Below the pieces are notes generated by a model. It worked only from the letters and a program-made list of their open reading frames with translations, searched no databases and was not told the DNA's origin. Shown here in pieces: positions 52,601-61,544 of a stretch of DNA of 64,000 nt (positions are counted from its first letter, which is position 1; each line of letters opens with the position of its first letter). Source of the DNA: Eledone cirrhosa (Eukaryota); the NCBI GenBank assembly GCA_964016885.1, contig OZ024758.1:6820001-6884000 (forward strand), given 5' to 3'. The position numbers and the translations under genes were made by a program.

Positions 52601-55600
52601 ATCTACCACGCTAGCATGGGTTAGACAAGAATTGTCCCACTTGAGGCAAGATTGGTTGGGTAACCATGTCTTGCTTGTATAGGACTGTATCTGGCAGGTT
52701 TTCTACGGCTGGATACCCTTCCTAACACCAACCACATTTACAGTGTGGACTGGGAGCCTTTTTACCGTCTCTCCTACACAACCACTTTACAGTGTGGACT
52801 GAGGTACCAACATAACTTTACAGAGAAAGGGTGGTGTGAGTGAAAGTGGGAGGGTGGAGTAGGGCTAGTGGGTTGGGGTCTATATTTGGTTAAGAGGTGC
52901 CTATTGACTGTAGGTTTAACTTCGTACATAAGGGAAGAAAAATGTGAAACTTGAAGGCACCTTTCTCCCTCACCTATGTTCACCACTTCCAGCAGCATGA
53001 TTCCAGACTTGTCCCTTGTTAAATTCTTCTTCTGAAGAGATTTTATCACAAAATATCAGGACAGATAAATAAATAAGGTAACACATAATATCTTGCTTCG
53101 TCTTATTTTCTTGTTTGTCCATTTCACATTATTGTGGCTTTCAAACATCACATTTTTCTATACTATAAACAATGCTTCAAGTAAACTACAACTTTCTCAT
53201 GTATGCATGTGTGTATGTATATATATATATATATCATCATCATCATCATTTTACGTCCGCTTTTCCCTGCATATATATATATATAGTTCAAAAGGATAAA
53301 AAAACAACGCAGGAGTCAATGGTACGTAGTGTTATTAGCTTCATATATTATATATTTTGATGATGATGTTATTTATTTTGAAAACAATATGTTAATGTCA
53401 GTATGAGTGGCCAGTTATGGCTGGTTTAAACAGAATGAGGAGAGAGAATTCTAGCCGGATATGGCTGGTTTAAATCACACATTCCTGTTTTATGTAAGTA
53501 TGCTGTGCTGAAAAAGTGCCATGGAAAAGCAGATGTAAAATAATGCTGATAATCTATGTATGAATGAGGAAACACATTTTTCTGGCCATGGAGGGAAAAT
53601 ATAAAACATTTGTTTAAATTTGAAAGTGAGGTTAAAGTTGTCCATATACCAACATTGCAGATATGTCAATAAATGCTGTCTAGTCTATATTTAATTAATC
53701 ACATTGCCAATGGCAGCAGTTTCTGCTTCAGCTGTTAAATGATGCAGGAAAAAGAGGCTTGGTGTGTCACCGGATGGCAGGTGGACCCATTGGAAGGAGT
53801 GTTTGAGAACTCTACCCCCACGACCCTCTCAGGAATAAATGGGTGAAAAAGAAAAAAAGATATTGCCCCTAGATGCACTTTTTATTCATATTCAACTGAC
53901 CATTTCATTTGAGCCATTTGTGCTTGATATAGCTAGCAATCTCTCTATGGACAGAAATTGAGAACATTTGTTCTCAAATGACTCCAAAAGGTTACAAAAC
54001 TAGTCAGGTATAAACCCAAACCACAAATTGTTTCCTAGCATGTATCAATTGTTTATGTAGATGTCACGACAAAAAAACACACAGTCCACGCTGTAATGTG
54101 GCCGTGTAGGTAACGTGGTAAAAACCTCCCAGTCCACACTGTAAACGTGGTTGGTGTTAGGAAGGGCATCCAGCCATAGAAAACCCGCCAGACAGTCCTG
54201 AGCAAGACAACCAATTTTGCATCAAGTGGGACAATTCCTGTCCAGACCCATGCTAGCGTGGAAGATGGATGTTAAACGAAGATGATGATGATGAAGTCAT
54301 ACAATATAAAAAGAAATTTAACTGTTTTTGCAGGCTGAATAGCGTTATAAATCATTTTGGATGTTAGAACAATAATCTTTCTTAACTGTCTTGCTTTTTC
54401 TTTGATGTTGAGTTGTAATATAAGGTTAATCAATATACAATCAGCATTGTTTTAAGGCCATTGTCTCTGCTAAATCAAAAGTTAACCCTGTGGTCCTCAT
54501 GATAGACATAACCATATCATGAGGTCCCTTTAAGGCCATTTTCTCAGCTAAATAAGGGGTTAACCTTATGGTTTCCATGACAAACATAACCATACTCATC
54601 ATGAGGTCCTTTTTGTAACAATGTTTTATCGATGGATGCCCTTCCTCATGTCAACCCATTTGGTCACCACTTATGACATGAAGAAAGATAGTTAATTTAT
54701 ATATAAAAAAAAGATAAATACAAAAAGGTTAATATAAAATAAAAGTACTCACAGCTAAGGAATCCAGAGAATCTATTAAGGTTAGAGAGAAACTGAAAGA
54801 GAAACACATTATGAAATTATAGAAACAATAAAAAAATCAAATCACAATAATATAGTTTCGGAATATAAGCTAAGGAATATGTGACCCCAAACACGCACAC
54901 ACAGCCAAACAAAACTGTATTTTTGTTCATGCAGACATTGTTTTTAGTTAGTTAGAGAGAGGGGAAGGTGGAGTGAGAAGGAAAGTAGTATTTCCCTCCC
55001 TCTAAATAGAGAATCAGACAGACAAACAGACAGAGATCTTATAGTATAGATTAACTAAAGCGTGCAAGGGAGACAACTGTTAGATTATGGATAGGCTGCT
55101 AAATGATGAAAAAGAGTTATGTGCCCTCAGTGGAAGATACTTGTGGAAGACATGAGAAGAATGAAGTCAGATCTCGTGATGCCTATAAACTCAGTCTCAG
55201 CATCCGAAATCAAGGAAGCTTTTTCCTGGATTTTTTTGCCTTGACATCTACCTCTCTATTTCTCTCTCACTCCGGTTCTCTGTCTGCCCCCTAGACCTAC
55301 GCATTCACTTCACTTCAGGTTCTTTCACATGAAAATCTACACACAAAGCAGAGTTAAGCTAAACCTTTACTTTCATTTTTATTTCATTTTCTCACAGTCA
55401 ACTATTGATGTTACCATAAATCTGGAGACCAGTCTGGCTGATGACATATACCACCCTCTCACCCCCTCACTCCCACCTTCCAGTGTGAAGGTATCCAGAT
55501 GGGCCTTTGTGATATGCTTAATGGCACTTCAATGTGCGGATTGTAACTATGCTGGAGATGGCCGACGGTGGCTCTGTGAGACAACATAGTTGGTCACCCG

Positions 55601-57207
55601 AATAAATTTTGAATGCTGGGTGGAGACAAGGTCTCTGTATGCCACAGTGATAATGGTCTGACAGGGAAAGCAGTTTCTACAAATAAAATGAGATTGCACA
55701 GGACAGATACAGGCTCCATAAACCATGCAGAAGGTCTAGGCTTTCACAAGACTCTCCTACACCTAGTTTCCTTAATAAGATTACACAGGTGAGATATGTG
55801 CTCCGTAAACCATGCAGAAGGCAACATATCTAGGCTCTCACAAGCCACTCTTCTACACCTAGTTTCCTTAAGGACCACCAGATGACAGATTGTGGTACTC
55901 TGTCAAAGGTTTTCTCTAGATCAACAACAGCTATATAGCTAAGAACTTCTTTTGTGGATACCCTTTCACCCCCTTGTAGTTAAATAAGAAAGCAAAGCTG
56001 TCTTACTTCCCCATGCATTCATCTATGTCTCCACGAGATTTTTCTTGACCTCGATAGCGTTCTTTGCAACTGAGAGGCATCAATTCATCAGCAGGGTAGG
56101 CATGTTTCTGCAAAATAAAAGAGTAAAAAGTAAAATCAATAATTTGCAAGAAAGACATAATAACGTTGAAAATTGATCTAAAAAAAATTGAACCTCACAA
56201 AAAGAGATGAAACACGATAGAAATATAAGGAGTGACTTTGTATTGGAGAGGACTTGCCTAACCTATGTGAGCATGAAAACATGGACATTAAAACAATGAT
56301 GATGATCAAGTTAGATACACAGCATATCACCAATTGTCTCTCTTCTGAAAGGTCCAATGTTCACAGATCTGATTCCAGTACTACTTCTTCACACTTTCCC
56401 TCCTCCACTGGTACCATCCACTAACAGTAAATGACACCATCCATTTGTACTACAAGGGTCAGCGGAAAAGTTCATATGCTGACTATGAAGGAGTGATGCT
56501 AGAGCTATGAAATCTTGCATGAATTAATTTCAACTCTTCTTCTTAATAAATAACTGCATTGTTTCTTTCCAGAGACTATGTTGAAAAATAAACCCCATTT
56601 GGTCATTCCATGAGAGTATCTTGGTCAGCCTATGAACTTTTTAGCTGACCCTCGTACATACTTAAACCACAGCAATCATGTCTCCAGCACACTTCAGCCG
56701 ATGCCCTTTATCTCAAATCACTTTGTGTTCATTTACACCAGTGAAGGGCCATCTTGCTCTCTTCTGTGAACATGTCTTATCTACTTTCATCTTCTGAGAA
56801 TGTAAGAACAATGTATGACACAGGAAACCAAGTGCAGGTTACATCCCCATGATGGGTTGCCATCTTTCTGGTTTAGGGAGTCCATGTCTCTCTTGTTGAT
56901 TTTAAGTGACATGGAATCTTCATCATCACTGTTTAATGTCTATTTTCCATACTTGCATGTGTTAGACAGGTCGTCCATGTCAAGAGTGACTGTAAATTTG
57001 ACCAGGAAGTTTTACAGCTGGATGCCCTTCCTAATACAAACCACATTTACAGTGTGGAAGAGAAATACTTGATAAATATAAATATGTCCATGAGGAATAT
57101 CTGCTATTGTCAAAGTTCACTCAAGTGATAAATTAGAGATGATTTGTTAATCAGTACTCACCATATAAGAATTGTATGCATGGTTAAACATCTCAACAAC
57201 TTGATCC
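22889..57207 (-). CDS. EDEM3: ER degradation-enhancing alpha-mannosidase-like protein 3: 21 coding exons (GH47 + PA domain + long tail, KTEL); first exon not found in window
   Basis: Phase-consistent exons (3292 nt) with [89 protein letters not shown]; PA domain [19 protein letters not shown]; C-terminal KTEL. Confidence 0.96.
24631..25310. repeat. 46-48-bp minisatellite, about 14 copies
   Basis: Unit ACAACCACTTTACAGTGTGGGCTGAGCGCTTTTTGTTGTGTCACCATC. Confidence 0.95.
25893..26072 (-). CDS. EDEM3: EDEM3 PA-domain exon ([19 protein letters not shown]...IPLVFLF...DSRSS)
   Basis: TTGTAG| acceptor, G|GTTTGT donor; 180 nt, phase 1/1. Confidence 0.92.
26790..27320 (-). mobile_element. Degenerate RTE-like RT C-terminal remnant
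   Basis: [11 protein letters not shown]-like motif; many stops. Confidence 0.5.
27788..27833 (-). CDS. EDEM3: EDEM3 PA-domain exon ([15 protein letters not shown])
   Basis: TTTTAG| acceptor, G|GTGAGT donor; 46 nt, phase 0/1. Confidence 0.92.
29233..29352 (-). CDS. EDEM3: EDEM3 PA-domain exon ([14 protein letters not shown]...[12 protein letters not shown])
   Basis: AATTAG| acceptor, AAG|GTAATA donor; 120 nt, phase 0/0. Confidence 0.93.
30254..30363 (-). CDS. EDEM3: EDEM3 exon ([12 protein letters not shown]...[12 protein letters not shown]...SP)
   Basis: CTTTAG| acceptor, CCA|GTAAGT donor; 110 nt, phase 1/0; AGPAQFG motif. Confidence 0.93.
31387..31690. mobile_element. pogo/Tigger-type MITE with TA target-site duplication, nested in another MITE (about 31203-31701)
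   Basis: TA|CAGTGGAACCT...AGGTTCCACTG|TA inverted termini; related internal piece at 34385-34605. Confidence 0.8.
31780..31861 (-). CDS. EDEM3: EDEM3 exon ([27 protein letters not shown])
   Basis: TTTCAG| acceptor, G|GTAGAT donor; 82 nt, phase 0/1; DAEDG..FMQEMIE motif. Confidence 0.92.
32337..32475. repeat. 32-bp tandem repeat, 4 copies
   Basis: Unit AGTTCTAGATTGGAAGCAGCAAGACATAAGAG. Confidence 0.9.
32649..32781 (-). CDS. EDEM3: EDEM3 exon ([26 protein letters not shown]...[12 protein letters not shown])
   Basis: TTTCAG| acceptor, GAG|GTAAGC donor; 133 nt, phase 2/0. Confidence 0.92.
33591..33775 (-). CDS. EDEM3: EDEM3 linker exon ([11 protein letters not shown]...ETCPNI...[17 protein letters not shown])
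   Basis: Open 185 nt, phase 0/2 fits both neighbours; TCPN motif; acceptor (TAAAG) and donor (AA|GTATTT) are weak, so boundaries are less certain. Confidence 0.72.
34645..34807 (-). CDS. EDEM3: EDEM3 exon ([17 protein letters not shown]...FTTEAHLLP...HHSK), end of GH47 domain
   Basis: TTCCAG| acceptor, AAG|GTTTGT donor; 163 nt, phase 2/0. Confidence 0.93.
36048..36172 (-). CDS. EDEM3: EDEM3 exon ([11 protein letters not shown]...[19 protein letters not shown])
   Basis: TTACAG| acceptor, CA|GTAAGT donor; 125 nt, phase 0/2. Confidence 0.95.
36904..36987 (-). CDS. EDEM3: EDEM3 exon ([28 protein letters not shown])
   Basis: poly-T CAAAAG| acceptor, AAG|GTAAAT donor; 84 nt, phase 0/0; LRPE motif. 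Confidence 0.95.
37087..37340. repeat. About 52-bp degenerate tandem repeat
   Basis: Repeated TTTCCACAGTAACACAGTTGATATTGTCTACTGTGGACATA. Confidence 0.85.
38974..39057 (-). CDS. EDEM3: EDEM3 exon ([28 protein letters not shown])
   Basis: TTCTAG| acceptor, GAG|GTATTG donor; 84 nt, phase 0/0. Confidence 0.95.
39691..39816 (-). CDS. EDEM3: EDEM3 exon ([15 protein letters not shown]...[12 protein letters not shown])
   Basis: TTTTAG| acceptor, CAG|GTTAGT donor; 126 nt, phase 0/0. Confidence 0.95.
40591..40688 (-). CDS. EDEM3: EDEM3 exon ([23 protein letters not shown]...FNK)
   Basis: CTTCAG| acceptor, AAG|GTGAGA donor; 98 nt, phase 1/0. Confidence 0.95.
41874..41979 (-). CDS. EDEM3: EDEM3 exon ([11 protein letters not shown]...GDWVRR)
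   Basis: TTGCAG| acceptor, G|GTAAGT donor; 106 nt, phase 0/1. Confidence 0.95.
42613..42741 (-). CDS. EDEM3: EDEM3 exon (VNLLHG...[26 protein letters not shown])
   Basis: TTTCAG| acceptor, GAG|GTGATT donor; 129 nt, phase 0/0. Confidence 0.95.
43959..44112 (-). CDS. EDEM3: EDEM3 exon (GLLGGHVVA...[15 protein letters not shown])
   Basis: TTTCAG| acceptor, AAA|GTAAGT donor; 154 nt, phase 2/0. Confidence 0.95.
45020..45132 (-). CDS. EDEM3: EDEM3 exon ([12 protein letters not shown]...[11 protein letters not shown]), carries the catalytic Glu of the FET motif
   Basis: TTGTAG| acceptor, GG|GTACGT donor; 113 nt, phase 0/2. Confidence 0.95.
46385..46860 (+). mobile_element. Second non-LTR retrotransposon family 3' end ([14 protein letters not shown]); related pieces at 16670-16875 (-), 53790-53850 (+), 57300-57960 (-)
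   Basis: G.RP.GRP..RW-type motif and shared tail CTGCC.CCA.GACCCTCTCA.GAATAA.TGGGCGAAGAAG. Confidence 0.65.
47030..47390. repeat. 39-bp minisatellite, about 9 copies
   Basis: Unit GACATGTGAATA(T/C)CAC(G/A)ACAGCAGTGACCCTG(T/C)TGAGTT. Confidence 0.95.
49683..50600 (+). CDS. Intronless class A (rhodopsin-like) orphan GPCR, 305 aa, nested antisense in an EDEM3 intron
   Basis: Seven hydrophobic segments; GN in TM1, LAVTD in TM2, Cys at top of TM3 with IERF (DRY-type), Cys in ECL2, NPIVY in TM7, F(R)K helix 8; N-glycosylation sequon NTT at residue 2. Confidence 0.93.
   Translation: MNTTILTSPPVMSIRLLIFIILPLFIILGFVGNLFVIYIYTWKPYRNNVEAFILTLAVTDLIGCCIGIPMEMVELYTGYDSKYLCKFYKFIIFSCSIMSSLILLIIAIERFRKICCPLKQQMNQYICKVLIVFSALISIIAPLPTVFSTIIVLPKKTFSICLYKPHGDSVSRYTIAALIIHGIILIAMTVLYSYVQNTIFHRYKKKQGNESKEEACKQENIYRTNAVLFSISILYFVSFSPSLIFAIIYQYCKYSELLEVFKTVIYRLWILNSSLNPIVYGFCNKIFRKNLFSIFTRNRMDSSEI
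50918..51410. repeat. 45-bp minisatellite, about 11 copies, just downstream of the GPCR
   Basis: Unit GTGCAAATAATGCCCGTGTATATATGACAACGTTTTCATTGTTAA. Confidence 0.95.
52090..52266 (+). mobile_element. CR1-like LINE 3' tail with (ATT)n terminus
   Basis: Same sequence family as 2532-2641 and 4083-4250. Confidence 0.7.
54753..54792 (-). CDS. EDEM3: EDEM3 exon ([13 protein letters not shown])
   Basis: TTTCAG| acceptor, GCT|GTGAGT donor; 40 nt, phase 2/0; GH47 TL.DSLD motif. Confidence 0.93.
56007..56107 (-). CDS. EDEM3: EDEM3 exon ([33 protein letters not shown])
   Basis: TTGCAG| acceptor, AA|GTAAGA donor; 101 nt, phase 0/2. Confidence 0.95.
57162..57207 (-). CDS. EDEM3: EDEM3 exon ([15 protein letters not shown]), first visible coding exon
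   Basis: TTCTAG| acceptor, ATG|GTGAGT donor; 46 nt, phase 2/0. Confidence 0.92.
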
Positions 57208-58269
57208 CTAGAAAACAAAAACAAAAATTGAAATATATTAGTACAAAATTGTAGTGGAGTGGGGTTGGTTTATGTTTGAGTGGGGTCGGGTGAGCTAATA
57301 TTGGTTGGGGGTACCCCTTGGTCTCCTGCTAGTCAGTTTTGCCCACAAAATCTGTCCAGCAATTCTTTCCTGAGACATTCTAACCACATGCCCATAGTAT
57401 TGGAGCTGTTATCTCTCAATTCGGAGAAGTAGCGGCTCTACATGGAATAACTCTGTGATCTCCAAGCTACACACTCTATCAAGTAACGTTACACCAAAGA
57501 CCCTTCAGAAGAACCCCATTTCGGCCGCTTGTATTCGCAATCGTATTCTTTCGGTCATTACCCAAGATTCATGACCAAAGGTAACGGTTGACATGAAAAC
57601 CAAATTAAAAATAATGAGTTTGGCTTTTATGTCTACCTCCCCTCTTCTGATAACTGACTGAATACTGAAGCTGGCACATTACTGCACCAACTCCTGCAAT
57701 TCTTGCACTTAATTCAGCCTCCTCCCTTCCATCACTTGTGAACATAGGCTCTGAGATACTTGAACTTCTCTACCTGCTTCAGTGGAACTCCATTTATATG
57801 TAGAGAGCACTGCACAGGCTTTCTTGGGAGGATGAGTATCTCAGTTTCTGCAGCACTGATTTTCATTCCAGCCATGCAGCACAGCACTCGGTATCAAACC
57901 TATTGAGTGCAAGTCGGAGATCCCCGTCTGTTGAGTTAAGTAAAACCATGTCACTTGCAAATTCAAGTCGAAGACACTGCCTATAATTTTCAAACCACTT
58001 GGACAATAATCAAATATGTTGACGGATTTAGTAATATAACTAACTTTCTCATTATTAAACTGGTGTTTAAAACATAATAAAGGTTCTTACATAGAATTAC
58101 GAAAGCTTTTTAGATAGTGGTGGGAAATTCTCAAGAGAGTTGGACAGCAGAAAGTCTTCAGAGGTGAACCCCCCTCAAGCAACATGAATGGACCTGTTAT
58201 TTTTATCTAAAGACATTTTTTCCAATTCCACCCCGCCCGTCCCTTCAATCTATCTAATTTCTCATTCTT

Positions 58270-58305
58270 TCTTCTGATGAAGGACTAGCGTCTGAAACGT
58301 TAAGA
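58270..58305 (+). ncRNA. Minimal type I hammerhead-ribozyme-like motif (Penelope-like-element type), possibly degenerate
   Basis: TCTT CTGATGA A GGAC-TAGC-GTCT GAAA CGTT AAGA: core boxes, stem II, stem I TCTT/AAGA, palindromic stem III. Confidence 0.5.
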
Positions 58306-58627
58306 CTCTCTTCCTGCTATTTCAAGCATTAACCTAATATATTCCTTCCATATACTGTACCGATTGTGTTGTTATTTCTGTTTACCTTTTATATACATAT
58401 ATATATATTTATATACATATATATTGAGAGTATAAAACATACAATTTCTCAATTACTGATCAGTCTTATCTTGATAGAGAATCATTGGATTGTGCAAATT
58501 CATGGAAACAGCTGCATATATTTGATTTGTTGGCTCAGTGTCTGTGTGCGTGAAAGAGAGAGTGTGTGTATGTGTGAGTGTGTGCACATGTGTGAGTGTG
58601 CATGTGTATGTGAGGATGTTGTGATCA

Positions 58628-59021
58628 TGAGGGTGTAAATATTTAGTTCAAGGTTGGGTTCAAAGCTGAGGGTGTAAATATTTAGTTCAAGGTTGGGTTC
58701 AAAGCTGAGGGTGTAAATATTTAGTTCAAGGTTGGGTTCAAAGCTGAGGGTGTAAATATTTAGTTCAAGGTTGAGTTCAAAGCTGAGGGTGTAAATATTT
58801 AGTTCAAGGTTGGGTTCAAAGCTGAGGGTGTAAATATTTAGTTCAAGGTTGGGTTCAAAGCTGAGGGTGTAAATATTTAGTTCAAGGTTGGGTTCAAAGC
58901 TGAGGGTGTAAATATTTAGTTCAAGGTTGGGTTCAAAGCTGAGGGTGTAAATATTTAGTTCAAGGTTGGGTTCAAAGCTGAGGGTGTAAATATTTAGTTC
59001 AAGGTTGGGTTCAAAGCTGAG
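58628..59021. repeat. 39-bp near-perfect minisatellite, 10 copies
   Basis: Unit TGAGGGTGTAAATATTTAGTTCAAGGTTGGGTTCAAAGC. Confidence 0.97.
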
Positions 59022-59424
59022 CTTTGGAAAGAAATGTGTATGTTTTGTTATTTAAGATCAAAAAACCTATCATGGAAAAGACAGAGGACTGCAGAACTAA
59101 AGATAAACCTGTTTAGAGAAGCTAAATGGTTTGAGACATAAATCTTGTCAGGTTGGTCATTAAGTGATGCACAACAGATTAGAGAGTATAGTAATATGAG
59201 AGTAGATAGACATCCTGGAGGGAGGGGGGGGGGGGGGGGTTGTGTGATGTATGTTATTAAGGTCACACACATATACAGAAACATAGACAAATATGACCAC
59301 ATATATACATACATAGAGACGTATACAGAAATGTATACACACACATAGATATGTACACATATGTAAGCAGATACAAACACAGTCACACTGCCGCACATAT
59401 GTAGAAATATAGGAAGATAATATG

Positions 59425-60078
59425 CCCACATGGGACGAGGTGATAAAAACTGACCTTGCCCACCTACACCTATCTAAGACAATGACACTGGATCGAGACC
59501 TTTGGCGCCATGCTGTTGTACAGAAGGCCCGACTACCATTGCATACAAACCTAGTCAGTAGGCACCTCTTAACTCAATGTACACCCCACCGCAAAACCCT
59601 ACCCCATCCTCCCTCTCCCGTTCCGTCCACTGTGTTGATGACACAACAGTCCACCCTGTAAAGTGGCTGTGAAGGAGACATGGTGAAAAGGCTCCCAGTC
59701 CACACTATAAGGTGGCTGTGAAGGAGACATGGTGAAAAGGCTCCCAGTCCACACTATAAGGTGGCTGTGAAGGAGACATGGTGAAAAGGCTCCCAGTCCA
59801 CACTATAAGGTGGCTGTGAAGGAGACATGGTGAAAAGGCTCCCAGTCCACACTATAAGGTGGCTGTGAAGGAGACATGGTGAAAAGGCTCCCAGTCCACA
59901 CTGTAAATGTGGTTGGTGTTAGGAAGGACATCCAGCTGTAAAAAAAAAAACCTGCTAGAGACGCTTCCGTGCGAGCGAGACATGGTCTCCCTACCATTCC
60001 AGCATCAAATGGAACAAAACCGTCTAACCCATGCTAGCAGCGTGGAAGATAGACGTTAACCGATGATGATGATGATGA
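59425..60078 (+). mobile_element. RTE-type LINE 3' end with 49-bp minisatellite (about 5 copies, 59661-59905)
   Basis: TWDEVIKTDL...DRDLWRHAV motif, same conserved tail ending (GAT)n. Confidence 0.75.
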
Positions 60079-60555
60079 ATCATACACAAGCATACATATA
60101 TACAAGTATATACACACATGCCTGCATACACACATACACAAGTATAGACACACGCATGCATATACACAAGCATACACTAACACAAGTATATACACACATG
60201 CCTGCATACACACAAGCATACACAAGTATACACACACACAAGCATACACATACAGAGAGAGAGAGAGAGTCAACCAATAGGTGTTTAACAACTTGTACAA
60301 TTCAATGATCCGCTATTGTTTGGTTGAAACCAGTTGCTAACTGTGAGAAATTGTAGATGTTAGTCCTTCAATAAAAATATATACTTTACTTCTGTACTCA
60401 GTGCTCTGTCTCTGCTGAATGATAGCCATTACCAGTAATATAATGATGCACTTTTTTACCTGTTCCAGCCATCCAGCTGAGGCCATGCTGGGACACCGGC
60501 GTTGCAAAAAGTATGGAACGCTTCATGAATTTGCATGTCATCCGTGCGAAGGGGG

Positions 60556-60620
<65 letters not shown>

Positions 60621-60983
60621 TTATTCAATTCATTTCATTTTACGTCCGCTTTTTCCCTGCTTGCAACGGTGGGACAGGGAACTGATTCTGGCTTGATTTC
60701 TACAGCTGGATGCCCTTCCTAACACCAACCTCATTTACAGTGAGTGCTGGGTGCTTTTTTTGCCGTGGCACCTCCACGACCACTTTGCAGTGGAATGATA
60801 GGGACCCAAGTCCCTATCATCTCATTTCTACAGCTGAGTAAACTGGAGCAATGTGAAATAAAGTGTCTTGCTCAAGGAAACAACACATCACCCGGTCTGA
60901 GAATTGACAACTCACAACCTTTCGATTGCAAGGCCAATGCTCTAACCACTAAGCCATGTGCCTCCATTATATATATATATATA

Positions 60984-61109
60984 TATTATTATGTAATAAA
61001 CAACATAAGGCAATTATTCCATTTACCAGTGGTTTCTTAAAAGCAAAAGCTTTTAAGAAACCACTGGTAAATGGAATAATTGCCTTATGTTGTTTATTAC
61101 ATAATAATA
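60984..61109. repeat. Perfect inverted repeat: 61-bp arms, 4-nt AAAA loop
   Basis: 60984-61044 is the exact reverse complement of 61049-61109. Confidence 0.95.
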
Positions 61110-61169
61110 ATTAAGCTCTGTTGCTTACATAGAGCACTCTTTTTTCCTGGACTTTTCCGACGGAATTAC

Positions 61170-61228
<59 letters not shown>

Positions 61229-61485
61229 TAGGCCATTTGAGCACTCGATGCTCTTACAGAGCAGAGTATAATATCACAAAAGAAATGGAGAATCAGTGGT
61301 GCGACGAATAAGATTTCTTATGTTATATAAATATATATATATATACATGTAAAACGATAATAATAATGATGATATATATATATATCATTGTTTTACATGC
61401 TTATACACACACACACATATATATACACACTTTATGAACCACCTATCAAATATATATATATTACACACACTCTATGAACCATCTG

Positions 61486-61544
<59 letters not shown>

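Noticed and set aside
58628-59021. Regular short repeats that might be read as a CRISPR array (also 816-1074, 24631-25310)
   Set aside because: Head-to-tail units with no unique spacers, eukaryotic context, no cas genes
60385-60460. Hydrophobic stretch IIILLVMAIIQQ on the minus strand as candidate EDEM3 signal-peptide exon
   Set aside because: Upstream frame runs into a short dispersed repeat, weak donor, no resemblance to EDEM3 N-termini; exon 1 is probably beyond 64000
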